A DNA stretch of 64,000 bases from Trichoplax adhaerens (taxonomy: Eukaryota > Animalia > Placozoa), in assembly GCF_000150275.1 (NCBI RefSeq), contig NW_002060943.1, positions 4,670,008-4,734,007 on the forward strand, written 5' to 3'. Numbering within the stretch: position 1 is the stretch's first letter; the number at the start of each line of letters is the position of its first letter. The notes below the pieces were generated by a model. It did no database searches, was not told where the DNA came from, and saw nothing but the letters and a program-made list of their open reading frames with translations. Of this stretch, positions 14,770-30,200 are shown piece by piece. The translations under genes were made by a program, and so were the position numbers.

Positions 14770-17700
14770 ATGAAATGGACTAAATATTCACGTCAGCATA
14801 TTATGGGAAATTGGTGGTGTATCATAATGGGAATTTTCTTAAATTGCCAATTTAAAAATCAACAAATTACTGTTTTATCTCTCCATGAAGATAGCCTAAA
14901 ATCGATTTATATTGGTGGATCTTTTTCACTCGATGGCGATGGAACTAGTGTTGGTGACTGTCTAATTGCTACTCATTTTGCTTTAGAACATATTAACAAT
15001 AATTCTAATATACTGCAAGGGTATAATTTAAAATTGATTTCGGGTAATGCTAGGGTAAGTAGCATAGTTTATTGTATCATTAAACGTTATTGGAATGTTG
15101 CACATTAGCCATTAGATCGATTTCGTTAAATGATTTCGTCTCTTTACTTCTTCTGCTTGTTACAATCCCAAAGATTTTCAACATAGTTATTTTTTAAGAA
15201 TAAGTAAATTAAACGTAATTTCTTTCTGAAATTATCAATAGATTAACGACGTTTGAGGATAAGACTAACTAAAAAAAATTACGAAATATCTTGTATATTT
15301 TACCTGCCCAACGGAGCTATGAATTAAACATATTCCTACTTACTAGCAATGAAAACGATACAATTCTCTAATATTTAAGATACAACTTATACGCACTTTT
15401 ACCATTTTCACACTGGCTAGATACAGATGAAAAGGCCACGAATAGTATGAAATACTTTAAGACGTTTTCAAATAATTTCATTTGAATAAATTCAATTGTA
15501 ACTAAGGGCTCTCCGCGTCTAGTAGAAGTATATGACAAGGACTAAAATCTATCTATGTAGCAATATATATTCGTAAAGCCTTCCAATCTAACTATCTCAA
15601 ATGATTATTACGGAAAATACAGTTATTACCTGTTACTATCTGCCTATTCTTACTTCTTTTCAATTTAATTTAACTTTCTTCAATCCACTTTCAGATAAAA
15701 CACAAATATCGCTTAGTAATAGTGATTGCAACGATACATATATCGTAGAAAATGCTGCACGTTATCAAATTTTCATGGAACCGTAGTGATCTGAAACAGT
15801 TAACGAGATGTATATTCAGCAACTAAGCCTTACCAAGTGTTAAAAATTGAAATTGTGACGAGAAAAATTAAACTTCCACCAAAAATTGTTATTACTAAGA
15901 ACCTACTGTCGGATTTTTCCTCCCGACAACTACCTATAACACGAATCTTAATACTAACGAACTCTCAATCATTAGGAGGTTATAGCAAATTGTACGTTTT
16001 GTCACGTCTCTTCGCGACAAAACTGAACACAAGCTTTATTAAAAAAAATCGGTCAATTTATAATGAACGTATAGAAACATTTAAAAATTAGATCATAAAT
16101 GAATTATAAAATTATGCAGCTTTTCTAATAGAAAATAAAAAACAGCATTGATAAATTTTCTATCAATGTATTCTTAGATATGCTTATTTTATAAAACTAA
16201 AAACTATGACACGACTTCTATACAAAAGTAACTCTTCAACACCAAGATAAATATTTCTAGGATTTCGAACTGTAAAATTTGAATACACAAGCATCCGAGT
16301 TTGTATTTAGCAAGACCGAGATAATGCAAAATAGGCATTCTTTACCTTCGTCAATCCAGCAAAACTACTTCCTTACATAATGTAAAATGGAATTACTTTT
16401 GCAAAAATTGTTTCTACACTTATATACCGGCAACTGATTTTAGTCTACCTTTTATCGTACAGATAACTTTTGAACAACATACATATTCTACTATTCTATT
16501 AGCTATTTTAGCTCAACTTAGTATCACTCATTCAGTTGGTCGCTCAACTCACTTTTCATATATGAATAATCCCCTTAACATCTATAACTTTATTAATTAA
16601 TAGATTTTACTCAATGAGCTTGCTATTGTCACAGTGTTATATGAAGATTTGCTCAAGAAATAATGATTAACATTTTTAATGAAAGATTTTACCATGACTG
16701 AATAAATTACCATCATAGAAAATTTTAGCTAGCGCAAGCACTTGCTGTACCGTTTCAGTTTCGAATTTTTCCCTTCAGGATATAATTTTCAAGCTGATTT
16801 CTTGTTTCAAGATCTCGATTAGCCTGCAACCTAATAGAAATTATTAATTATCTCTAATTTCTATTAATATTATAATTTTTCGGTTTACCAGGAGTAGATA
16901 AAAAAGCAATACTGTAGCTTGAAATTTATTTAACAAATTAAGGCCAAAAAGATCATTTTTTTAGTCATTATAATTTCTCTATCTTAAGATAACTTGCAAC
17001 ACTTATTAACAAAATATAGGCGATTATAACGTAGCTTATGCTAATCTTGGGGGTTATCTTAGCTATCCATTGTAATATTTTGCTGCTCTTTATCGCATAT
17101 GAATCCGATTAATATTTAAAATAACGGTAATACGAATGATTTATGATGAATTAAATCATTCTTTTGATGCTATTAGTATCGCATATCCAGCTAATAATTC
17201 AGCACAGTTAACAACGAGCTGTAATATTATTATTATTATTACTTTGAATTTGTTTTGGAGCAACTCCAAAGATATACAGTTATCGACGCTTTCGCTTGAT
17301 ATTAGCTGAAATAAAATAACTATAATTATGTCTTATTGATTTTATATTAAGATTTACTGTGTTAATGTGACGAGCTTATTCTCGAATATTTTAGTGCAAT
17401 GCTGGTGTTGGTATGAAGGTCTTATTCCATCAATTGAGTACACCTCCGAAGAAGCTTATGATATTGGGATCTGCTTGCTCCACTGTAACCGAACCAATGG
17501 CACAAACTTCCAGAGAATTCGACCTTGTTCAGGTTAATTTGATATATGCTCAACTTTATTCTTGCGTCTTTAGTATATGAACTGTGGCTTACTGTCCTAC
17601 GTAATCGTGATCGAATTTCCATCGCAATAAATAGTTTCAATCTTGATACCGTGCATTTATTGCTATAGACTATTGCTTAAATGGCTCAAACTGGGTGAAA

Positions 17701-20700
17701 ATAATACGTATGTGTGATTCTATCAGCATTATGCATGATTATTGTGACTATATTGTAATTTAATCAAATATAATTTAACAATGCACGTATTAGTATAGAT
17801 ATATTAAAACCTTTAGTAGAGCTTTCATTCAAATTTTGACGCTACTGCGATAGAATAATTATATTGTAATAGTTGAACATATTAAAACCATATCAGCTGT
17901 AAGCATGGCTAATTGAAGCATGTATAAATTAATTTATTTGCCCTATACTGTATTCAAATTGACTTACTGTCTTTTGACTTTTGTCACAATAACGTACTTA
18001 AAATATTGACTAGCTAAAAGATTATTTCATGCATGGTAGCTGCAATGATTTCAATGCTTTATTGTCATGTGTGGTATTCTCACTACTACCACGATTGAGG
18101 CTTATGTTTACGGAATTATTAAGATTTCTGATCATTGATATTTTTTGCTCGTCTAAACTCCAATTACAAACTTAATATGCCACTGGAAGATAGCTGAAAG
18201 TTGTTAGTAACAGCGTTAATAAAGTTGAAGCACAATTAGCGCAAACTTATACAATTGAATCGTTTCGTCATCAGCTACTGTTCATCAAAATAATTTTTAA
18301 TCAATATATTACATACTACATGTATTATAACTTTTATTTCGAATTTATTGTAATGGATAGGATTTACATATTATTGTTCACCAAAACAGTTTTATTCAAT
18401 ATATTGCGCGCTATTATAGTAGTTATATCGAATTGATTGCTACGGATAAGATATATATGTTACTATATATAGAATATCCTATAGCTATAACAATATTTTT
18501 ATATTAATATCCTAGTATATAATTTTCAATCATTGACATTAAATGCTGACATCCAAGATTTTACATCGCGCTATTTATTATCTAAAGAAGTATATTTTAG
18601 AAAACAGATGAGAAAAGTTTAATCTAAATAATCAATACAGTGATTATAAGTTTAATATCTAGTCAAGGTAAGGACTTGACTTAATATTTATATTTCAACA
18701 ATAGATTTCCTATGCATCAGTATCACCAGCACTTAGCAACCGAAAATTTTATCCTAATTTTTTTCGAACGCGTTCATCGGAAAATGAACGAATCAAACCT
18801 AATTTCTCTATCCTAAAACGATTTAACTGGAAAAATATCGCTGTAATGGTGGAATCAATCAACTTGTATACCTCGGTATGGTCCTGATTATAATTTACCG
18901 TACGATTCTTGATGAATTAACGTTCTTTCCTTATCAAAAAATGATTTAGCTTCCATTCAATTATAACTATGAAATAAGTGATTTTCTTTGCAGTAAATAC
19001 ACAATAAAACCAATTTACTAAACTAATTTGGCACAAAATACGAAAATTTATATCGTCTTTAAAAAAATGAGCCGATCTTTTAATTCCAATCTGCATACTT
19101 ATATACTTGATTTATTACTACTACTGAATACAAATTTAGACAGTTTTCTTTAATAATCATGCTTATTTAGATTCCCATTACACCATTAATTAGTAATAAT
19201 TTAATAGTAAATATTTATCTTGAATTTAGATCTTGAAAAATCAGTTAGTGATCTATTTCACTTTTATGCACATTAGAGATCTTAGTCTTCACTAATTCTC
19301 TTGATATAAAAATTAAGTCATTTTTGGAGATATTCAAGAGCGTATAACCAATTTCGATTCCAAATATAATTTCAGCTAGCAGATCGTATCATTAGTATAG
19401 CCAACTCATCTGGAATCAATATTGTTGTTTCATATACATTTGAAACAAATAAAGATCCGTTGCAAGGACTAAGCGTAATCAAGGTTTGTGCTATTGTAAT
19501 GCTAAATTTAGAATACAATAAATGCTACTCTTGTAATCTGTTATGATAGGAATGATTAAAATTAGGATATTGGCGGCACTTGTGACTGTCAGCAATTTCT
19601 TTTACATCTCTTTTAAAAGATTAAAATTATTTATGTGTTAGTAATTAAATTAAAGCTCATAAAAGTCTATAGTGAAAGTGAAGAGAGAATAATAAATTCC
19701 ATACGAAAGACCAACCTAAAATAGTACAATTATGATCGCTTTCCTTCACATTTCCGAGAATACATTTATTGATTTAAATGAAACGTAATTTATAAGCATA
19801 TACGCGTATATATGTATTGGTGTCTTTTTTCTTATCAATAAGAATTAATTACACGTCCAGAAGTTTGTTTACTTTATCTTCGGTAATACTAACTAATTAA
19901 AATATTCAGTAGCAAGTTAAGTATTACAATATATCAGTTCATTTATCACAAATAATTTATGAAATATTTAATACTAGGCAGTATTCAGAGTAAATTAACA
20001 TCGTTTGTTAGCATGGACATAAGATAATTAGGCACAGATAGGCCATATATAACTAGTTCGTTATTTAGGCTTCCTACGCTTTTGACTTTTACGATTATAA
20101 AAAATACGGTAGTTACTAGCCAATTTAAAAATCTAACTGTAAGCATGCTTTTGCTTCGGTATTTGGAATATTAATTAGATAACTTTAAAAGCTGCTTTTA
20201 CATAGAAGAACACTAGTGTAATGATTACAGCAAATTATAGTAATACAGTAGGGTAGCTAATAGGACGAGACTTTGGGTTACATAGGCGAAGCAGTAGTAA
20301 TAGCAGGAGACTTATTCGTTCATTACAATTAGACGATCTACAATTTATTCTCATTCTTGAAGCAATAAATTTTTCTTTAAGTGATTGATAATGACCGTCT
20401 TTGTTTGATTGAAATCTAGCAAACACTATGGAATCACTTAGCTCAATACTAGTATTCATGCCATTAACTCAAATATCGCGTAAAACTCAATCTGAACTAC
20501 GAAATCACCATAAAACGCATATTTTCAATCGATCTATGAATATCGATTACACGTTCATGTGTAGATCTCATTAATTACCCAGTCAAAAATGAAGTAGAAC
20601 ATGCTTCTTCCTTCTATACGTATAAAACATTAAAAGTAGATTGGGATTTATATCTAATGCCGTTGGCATTCTACCCGTTATTATAACAGTAATTCTTAGC

Positions 20701-23700
20701 GATTCTGACTCATATTAAAGTCTATTGTATCATCTTCAGGAATTGCAGATTTTTACTTTTATCGTAATTAATAACAATATGCTTTCATTTTTGTAGAAAT
20801 CTTCTGTTCGAATAATATACACCGGCTTCTTCCCTTCGCCAGGCCGCCGTCTATTATGTCGTGTAAGTGAGATTTCGAAAATTAAATTACAATAAATTTT
20901 TCCAACTTTATAAACAGTCAAAAGTAACCTCTCTCTACTATGTAACTTTGATGTAATAAAACCACGGCAATAATTTACTTTCGCTGCATATCTTTAGGCT
21001 TACCATCTGGGTCTAACTCCACCAAAGTACACTTGGATTGGCCCTGGTTGGTTCACCCAACCCTACTGGTGGAGAGGACGCGATAGTGGCAAAGTTGTTA
21101 TTGGCAATGTAGAATGTAGTGATGCTGTTATGGATAGTATGGTGGAAGGATTTTTCTCTGCTGATCCTTTACCACTATCGCCCAACAAACTACCGACAGT
21201 TTCTGGCCTGGTTAGATATTGAAATTGAGTAAATATTACTTTTATCGCAGCTGATACATTCTTTTCAACTTTTTATTCATAAATAGACACCTGGAGAATG
21301 GATACAAGATTATGACATATATCGTCAACAGCCCCAGTTTCATGAATTTCTAGGAGGCAAAAAGTTCGCTGGATTTACATATGATGCAACTTGGGTTATA
21401 GCTTTAGCCCTTAACAATTCTATGCAACGTCTAGTAGAGAATAATAAGACTTTAGAGGAATTCGATTATAATGATAAAGTGTACCTGGATATCTTCAGGT
21501 CGGAAATGGCTAAAACTAAAATTGATGGTGTGACGGTATGATAATCAATTAAGATACTAAACAGTGCTGATAAACATTTTTTAATACACTAACCATATTT
21601 AAAATTCTCATACTTGATGCATTCCAAAACTGATTTACTGATATATCACGAAATAGTATACCGGTAAAGTTACTCATTGATAAAAAATCAAAAAGATTCA
21701 AATTTAACCTAGATTACTAAATACAAAATGGTTCCATATGTAAAATCATGCAGGAACTTATACGATACAAAAGTCTTATACCTTCAAGTAGTCACTAAAG
21801 GAAATTTTTCAGCATGAAATCTATTACGATTAGAATGATGAGTAAAAGAATATTTAATAAATGAGTAATTTATAATTCATAACTAGTATCATACGACAAA
21901 TGTTTCATTACAAAAGTATAATCAAGTTGGTTATTAGCGTAACATTAATCGCAACAGTAGCTAATATATTCTTCATTCTCGATATAAAAATAAGCCTTTT
22001 TATGCTAATTTTAGGGTCCAATCGCGTTTACTGAAGCAGGAGATCGATTAGGAGTTGCAATGCTGGGAAGACTAGAAAGTAACGACGTATAATAATTTAT
22101 TTCCTAGCTACTATTCCACAATTATCTTCGTGTATTCCTATCTTTAAAGTAACCTATTCCAGTCGCATCTTTCTTGTCTTATAAAATACAATCAAAACCA
22201 GTTAGCAACGGTTTATATGCGAGATATTCATTTAATACTTTGTTCTATAATATAATCTATTTAACTATTATTCGACTATTTTGCAATATTAAAATTTAAA
22301 TGTTACAATAGAAAAAGTAGTAATAGTTCTTCCAATCTTTAATATTAAGTTTGCCATGTGCAAGAACTTAATTTTATTTCTCGCGTAATATCGGAAATTT
22401 GATATAATTCTGCAAGAAAGAACGCTTTCAGTACAATACTAGTATGCATTCCATTTGACGATATGAATTTCAGAAATAATTCTACCGTTATCAAGGACAC
22501 CCTTATTGCATGATGTTTATTGATAATACATTTTGCTTCCTATACTAAATGCACCAGAGGGAAAGAATGTCGAGATTGGATTATACTATACAGAAACGGA
22601 CAATGTAGTGTGGAATAATTCTGTCAACATTAGCTGGGGAACTAACGGTAAGCTATTTTAGTACACTTACTAGGTACGGTATTTAGATTAATCAATATCG
22701 GAATATATTATTAAGCTCAAAAGAAAATAGAATAAGCTACTTGCAACAAATAGCATTCATTGCAATCCTAATCTTAAAGGACTATTATCTAGCACAATGA
22801 GTATATTGATTATTATTCTGTATAATCATCAACTACACAAACTGGCCTTGATAACGTTATTCGGTTAAGGATAAACAATTTTAACCGTTACTGTATTTTG
22901 CATATTATTTCAGACGGGAAACCACCAATTGATCTACCAGCTATTAAAATTCACAAAGATACTGTTCCACTCTTCCTATATATTACTATGGTAGTGCTAT
23001 CTGGATTTGGAATAGCCCTGGCATTGTTTTTTATGACATTTAATATGTTATATCGAAATAATAGGTCAGTCAAGTATGCCATACATTGGTAGGTCACGGT
23101 ATATTAAAATTTCAACTACCTCAAATTTAAGGACTTTTTACTTTCATACGATAACATCAACAGAATTATCAAAGTAGCTAGTCCAAATATCAACAATATC
23201 ATTGCCGTTAGTGCCATATTCTGTTACCTATCCATTATCTTTCTTGGTATGAATGCGGAATCGGTCGGTACAAATAAGATCTTATTGCGAACCGCTTGCT
23301 GGGTAGGTGGCTTGATTTGTGAAATTATTAGCTCAGCAAACTTAACCTAACATAATTACTAAATTATCCAATTTTAGTATTGTTACAATTCACTCGAGGT
23401 TAAATAAATTAGATTTATTTCGCAATAACACTGTAACATTTTCACTTATTAATGAGTTACGAAGGTTCTTTATTAGTCTATCAGAGTTTTGATATCTCAG
23501 ACTCAATAGCGGAGGGGCATCACATGCTATGAAATTGTGCTGCTAAAGTGAGAACATCCTTTCACTTAAAGCGCGTAGCCTTACATACCTTTACTATTCT
23601 ACTCTGGGGAGATACAAACCGGTTATTTCCTAGGCTATCACTTATACAGACGTAAACAAAATAAACCAGTAAATTAACAAAGGATAGTTTATGTCTGTCC

Positions 23701-26700
23701 AAACTGGTAGACATTAAAATATCATAAGTGAGTCTCTTTAACAATCAATATCAAGTTATCCCTGATTTATAAAATATTAGATACAGAAATATGAAGCCAG
23801 TATCATAACAAAACTAGCATCGTATCAAGTACATAAAACGAGTATATCAAAAAATTTTCAATATAAAAATAATAAGTACATGCGAATACTAGCATAATCA
23901 ATGCTTCATAATGCAGAAATTTATTCTCTAAAAATGCTATAAAGTGATTTATAATCGATGCAGATATACTTACTTATTCGATCATTTTCTACAATTATAG
24001 GCTAGAACATGGTTACTCTTACTTGGGTTTATGACAGGATTTAGTGCATTATTCACCAAGACTTGGCGTTTGCAAGTTATTTTTTCTAATAGAAGTGCTA
24101 AAAGCAAGGTAGCATACAACACTGTTGACCAGAACAATCATTTGAAGGCAGTCTGGCATTCATTTTTGTGCCAGTTGATCGCTAGCATTTGAAATAGCCC
24201 ATGACATGCATTTTGGACTGTTTTAGCCTTACGGAAGCGATTCAAGTGTCACCAAATAAAATAACTTCTTTTTAAAATTGCAGGTTATTACGAATCAGCA
24301 ATTGTATTTATTTATTGCTATGATAGTCCTGGTCGGTATCGTTATTCTAACGGTGCAAGCAGTTATCGATCCGATTCGAATCATAGAACGTAATACTACG
24401 GAGGTAATTTCATTGGACTATAATGTGTAACTGCTGGCTTTCTTGCAATAAAGATTCTATTACTTAGGCGTAATAGTAAGGAGAAAGTAGACTTTTATCA
24501 TATGCTACGACTAGTAGCACTAAAATCTTGAATAACTGTCACTTCCAGGAAACTAGCTTGAATGACGATATAATAATTATCCATAACAGCATTACTTGCT
24601 CGACTAATATGCCCGCTGTATGGCAGATAACTATGTTAGGCATTAACGGAGTTCTGTTAGCTTTTGGGTTATCGCTGGCTTGGAGAACTCGTAATATCTA
24701 CATTACTGCTGCGAATGACTCAAAGTATATAGGTTTAGCTATTTATAATGTCAGTGTTTTCGCTGGAACAGCAGTTGTTGTGGGATTAGCTGTTAGCCAG
24801 TCTGCCATTCGATTTGCTATGCTATCTGCCTTTATTTTATTGTCAACGACTGGATCAACATGCTTAATATTTATACCTAAGGCAAGATTACTGAAGGAAC
24901 TATTCTAGTATCACTAAAGTAGTATAACATGTCGCTTGCCGTTGGCAATAATACTAGATCACCCGCAATTATCATGCACATAATATCTAATATTGCCGGA
25001 TTTTACTTTATAAATGAATCGATTACAAGTTTAGGTTGTAGATTTCAAAGTTCAGTATTTACAATTACCGTGATAAATGCTCCAATAAGCGTAATTAATG
25101 TAACTTGTGATTTTTATTTAATAAAAAAGATTGTTAAAATTAAACGGCAAGGATTATCTATATCACGGATTGGAACTCTGGAAAACCGACCTAAATCGAC
25201 AATCAGATCGAGAGGAGTCGTAAGTCAATAATGAATAGTTATATTGTTAATCAAGCAAACATAGTCTTAAAGACAGCATTGCAAATAGTGATTAGTGGCA
25301 CAAAATTATAACAAGAATTTTCTACTGTACTGTGAATACTTTATTATTCAAAAGTAACCTTATCTAGTATTTATTGCTTGCTGTAGTATACAATTAAATA
25401 ATTACGAATCTGGAATAATATATAAAGTATTTTTATGTTTCGAGTTAACTTTTTATACAAGATTTCTTCTCACATTTTAGATAGATAACATAGATAAGTT
25501 TTCTCTGATAACACCATTTTTAGTATTTCAGATACGTTGTAAAGAAATTTACTTGCTCCTATTATACCATATTGTCTAAGTACTGATAGTAATAGTTATG
25601 CTTATGTAATTACACTATAAATTAGCTTCTTTTTTATCATAATCTAGATTTATAATTTAATTTGAGGAGGGACATACGGTTTACTTGAGCCCTCTGATGT
25701 TAGGTGATAATCGATCGAGTCCTATAGCAGAAAGACGTAGGGAAGAACATCCTTTGAGTCGTACGATACATAGATATTCAGATGGACAGCACTTGGCTCA
25801 TAGTGCACAATTTACTAATCTTAGCATTAATTTCCTCTTTACAAACTTTGGCAAACTGATTATTTTTTACTTTATTTGTTACGGCAATTGCATTGGCAGT
25901 ACATTTGCAAGTACTGCTTTTGTTCATGTAATTGCTATCAATAGTAAGCAAATTCTAAAGTAATTGACTGTTACAGTGTTATATACTGTATTAGAGTAGA
26001 AATATCTATGTTAGGATAATTCTATCAGACTATCCTTATTTAGTTAACTTCCAATTTGGATATACTGTATTTTAATATAGCACTGACTTTTTATGACAGT
26101 GACACTTATACACATACTGAAATTAATAGTTATAATAGGGAATGAAAATCCTCTGCTTACAGTTCGAATCATTGTGATTGTAATTTACTTATGATAGACT
26201 GTAAATTATCATGGAAATGTTCCGTGATAGGACATATCGTAATCTGACTATTCTGTATTAGTCATTATATGTCTATGTTCGTAAATACTGTTGTCTGCAT
26301 TAAGGGAGCAGTAGCTAAAATTAATATCTAATTCAGTAAATGATTCTAATGTTAATTGTATTAACTATGACTCATGAACTATTGAGGAATAGTATATAAA
26401 TGCAGTATATCGTGAAATAAAGAAGAATTGTCCAACTTAGTGTTTAACGTAAAATACGAGGCATTTAAGTCTTTGTGTAGTCTGCTAGTAGAGCAAAAGT
26501 GTTTGTGATAGTGCAGATATCGTTCCTTGATACGTGGTTCAAGGAATTGACTTATTGATCGTATATTGCGTTATCTTGTTGCAAAGCTGTTTTGTGACAT
26601 TGACATTTTGTAATCACTATAGCATGCTTAAAGTGAGTTAGACAGTACTTTCAATCTGCAGTCAATTATTTTAATGACTATTCATTTAATCTACCTATAT

Positions 26701-27291
26701 CTAAATCTCTAAGAAAGTCAAATTTCAGGACTACTTAAACTATATATTAGAAGAATATTATTATATTGGTATCTTTTTTGACAAGTGAAGAACTGAATAT
26801 CAATAAAACTAGAATGCTAAAATAACGGAGATAGTCTTCTTGATTCAGTAATTGCAGCATGATCAGCATAAATTTTATTAATCCCTTGATATTAAGACTA
26901 CTGAATAAGCTAAAGACTTTCATGCTTCATTTAGACAAATACAGTGCAGTCTCAGACAGGAAGATCCACTGAAGACATTGTAAAAGAAAAAGATGATGAA
27001 ATTATTGAAGTAAGTTGATGATTTAATAGAAAATGTCATTTCAATTAGTTAAAGATTGTTCCACCATTTCCTCTGTAGAATATACCTAAAATATTTATTA
27101 AATATTGCTGATAAAAATCTTTCTTTTAATAACACTCTAATCTTTTAAACTAAATATTTGATGTTGATATTTGTTAGTTGCATAAAACAATTGAGGAATT
27201 GAGAGCCTCCATAGAAATAATCAGAAGTAAGGCTTTTGATACAAGACATGAGGCCATTGCAATAGTAGGGGTAAGCTGCAGTAAATTATAA
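14770..27291 (+). CDS. GABA-B receptor-like class C GPCR, paralog A (Venus flytrap + 7TM + coiled-coil tail)
   Basis: Exons 14770-15054, 17395-17532, 18705-18875, 19376-19483, 20797-20862, 20998-21210, 21287-21535, 22015-22078, 22558-22647, 22914-23064, 23164-23302, 24001-24108, 24284-24403, 24549-24881, 25130-25219, 26935-27009 and 27178-(27291). Motifs: GSACSTVTE, SYASVSPALSNR, YDATW, GPIAF..GDR, SPNINN, KTWRL, NDSKYIG, IFIPK. There is no Cys-rich domain between the flytrap and TM1, as in GABA-B receptors. The start ATG and last exon are uncertain. Confidence 0.92.
25969..26599 (+). mobile_element. Solo LTR of an LTR retrotransposon (copy 1), in an intron of receptor A
   Basis: 631 bp with TGTTACA...TGTGACA termini, flanked by a perfect 5-bp duplication TTGAC (25964-25968 and 26600-26604). 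Internal TATATAAA (~26393) is followed by AATAAA (~26416). Highly similar to 55141-55772. Confidence 0.8.
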
Positions 27292-30200
27292 CTATTACTG
27301 TTGTAAAAGGAAATTTAGTGGTTGAGCGTTAATCGATAGAAATTAGCTGTTTTAAGCTGAAAGTAAAATTGTATTATCTACTATTTATTTAATTTTAATA
27401 CGTTAAATAAATTTTAAAAATTTTTACTATTGAAATGTCTTTAATCTGGCTTGTAAAATTATTCTTAACCTAGGGGTCAATGTAAAGCAATTATTTAGAT
27501 CTAAAAAAAGATTGCAATCCATTTTCAAGATAAGGCAGAAAAAAAAGTATTTATTATCGATCTTCAAACAAATCCTATTACCAGAGTGAAATGAATAGCA
27601 TAAACCTATAAAATTTAAGTGTAAATTACCTACATTATCGATCAATATAAATTTTATCTAGTTATCTTAAATGTGATATAAAAGGTGACTTCATAAAATA
27701 TTTTGTATTAAAAAAGCGCTATTGTAAAGTAAATTATCAACAATCCAATTGAAAACTGTAAGCCTGTAAAATTTATAAATTGAAAAAGATAGCATTATCA
27801 TCTGATATTACCATTGCGATCTAGGAGTATTCCTAACTTGCAATATAAGTTACGAATGTGTTTTTGAATCTATCCTACCGTAAATTGAAATACCTGTCAG
27901 TTGATATTCCTATGTAGATATAAATGACCTTTATCACATCACAATTTAAATCGTACCGTCCACAATCTATATCTGGTTACGTAATCTCGGCTACAATATC
28001 ATTGTAGCCGCAAAGCATGTACTATTTTGGTACGGTGAGTTAACACCGTGACATAAAATAGTCATCACCGCTGAGAAGGATGTAAAAAGGTGAATTCTTC
28101 TGGAGGAATTCAGTCGATAACCTGAAACTAGCTGTGTGTAGTTTACGCGGCCTAAGCTTTACTACTGTTATACTCAATAATCTATTTTAAGTAATAGACC
28201 ATTTTTGACCTCTATTAGGAAGCTAATTAATGAGAGACAAGTTTAGAGTAGGGCTAGAAGTAGTAATTTATTACGAGCTAAATAGTGTAGCTCACAACAG
28301 TCTGATGTTCTAGTGGGAATTTTAAATTAGACTGATACTATACTCGTTTATTAGCACGATCATCTCGTAGTAGGATTATTTATAACGTAAATTCGTAGAA
28401 AGAATCAGAGATATTTCCTAGGTTGATACCACAGTCACAATCATCTGATAGATTTGATTTGAAAGAAAACATAATTTAGAAATTTGAAGGAAAATTAATT
28501 CTGTATTCAAATTAAAGAAGCAAAAGCCCCGTTCTTCTTTATTCATAAAACAGATGGATGTAAATTATTAATTTTAAAGTATTGATTTAAAAGTGTAACT
28601 AACAAACCTGGACCTGCAATTGGCCATTTGAATAAATACATGGTATACTTTGCCTATGAGCCTTTTACCTATATTTTCTTTGTTGCTTTTATCACCACAT
28701 CTTATATCATGAATGATAAATTATTTAATTTTTAAGTCTAAACAAAGAAGAACAATTTTTCATGACAATAATATAAATACAAAGTAGAAATTTATTGACT
28801 ATTTATTCGTTTATTTTTTCAAACTACAACCATGTTGTTGTCAGTTTCTTTGAAAGTGCCGCAATAACAGGAATATTTATTACTTTCCTGTTTATCGAAA
28901 TATTTTAATAAGTCTTGATTTGATTTATTTCAAATTTTGGGGGAAACGGTTTTCTCACGTCTACACGCTTAATTGGTTTGACCCCACTTTAGGTCAAATT
29001 TATAAAATAATTTCCAAATTCTTTCCATAGTCTCCGTCGCAATCATTGGCTCAATATATCACGAATTGCTTCTGGCATTGAATCTAATCTAAAATCGTTA
29101 ACAATGTTAACGTCATGGGTCAAGTTATCAATAACGTATGCAAAATTGGTAATGTATTACTAATAAACTACTTATAAGAAAGTAGATTAACAATTGCAGT
29201 CATTTCCTACCCGGTGGTATTACATTACAAAATCAACATTTCGTTCAATGCCTTTACTTTATAATGCCATATGCAGTTACGGCCAAATCGAAACTAAGTT
29301 TTAGTGTTGTGAGACAATATTGAAGGAAATTAACTTCCATTCTTTATATCGACAAATAAGTCAATTTAGGAGATTATTTGTGGGAAGCCCTCGAAAGATA
29401 TCTGGCGACATAAATCTACATATATCAAAATTGGTGGATTATCAGCTTATAATAGCAAATTTAAATTTTTATTTTTTCTTAGACATTTCATTGAATTTAT
29501 CAAATTTCTATTAATCCTAAAGATGCACTCACAAGTAGTAAATGTATGAAATAAAATTTATCAGGGGATAACTTCAGCTAACCTTTATACTGAGACTTTA
29601 CATTAAAAAGTAAATTTAGCAATGCGTTATGGGATAATTTAAAATCTCCATTTGTTTCTAACGCAATCTTGAAATAAGTTTATTTAAATTTATAACTATA
29701 TTTCTGATAGAATCCGGAAATAGATATATCGTGACATTGAATTGCCGTATTTTTAAAATGATTTTAGCCCAGCTTATCATCGTATCTGCTGGTAAAGGGC
29801 ATTCTAACATCATTGCCTCAGACTGATGCAATGTGATATTTGAAAAAATGTAAATTAGATGATAAATTATCAAATTGATATTTAGCATCGTTGAATAATT
29901 TACGTCGCCAAAGATAACTTACATTAATAGAAATAATAGGGAGGCAATGATTCATCATCCATCATTTACTGAAATTTTATTATTAAAATATGTCTATTCA
30001 TTCCCATTGATCAAGAACAATATTAATAAGGTATTATGCTAGATCTTAATTATATTAGCCAATACTTAGTATTGTACTATACTAAACGACAACGTTTTTA
30101 ATATTTGATGATTTTAAAAGTTACTGAAATGAATAGGATCAAAATTACGTGCGTATGGGGAATGCTGAGGCTTAGATGTTTGATCTTTTCGATATGAAGT

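Noticed and set aside
16750-16830. Minus-strand exon-like segment (LQANRDLETRNQLENYIL) in intron 1 of receptor A
   Set aside because: Stops in all three frames between the candidate splice sites, and no partner exons found.
25685-25963. 92-aa intronic ORF next to the LTR
   Set aside because: TTG start, no gag/pol or other recognisable motif, and it lies outside the TSD-bounded element.
28062-28120. Possible terminal exon of receptor A (SSPLRRM*) and a small GAATTC hairpin
   Set aside because: Splice sites are plausible but cannot be distinguished from read-through to the stop at 27291 without transcripts.
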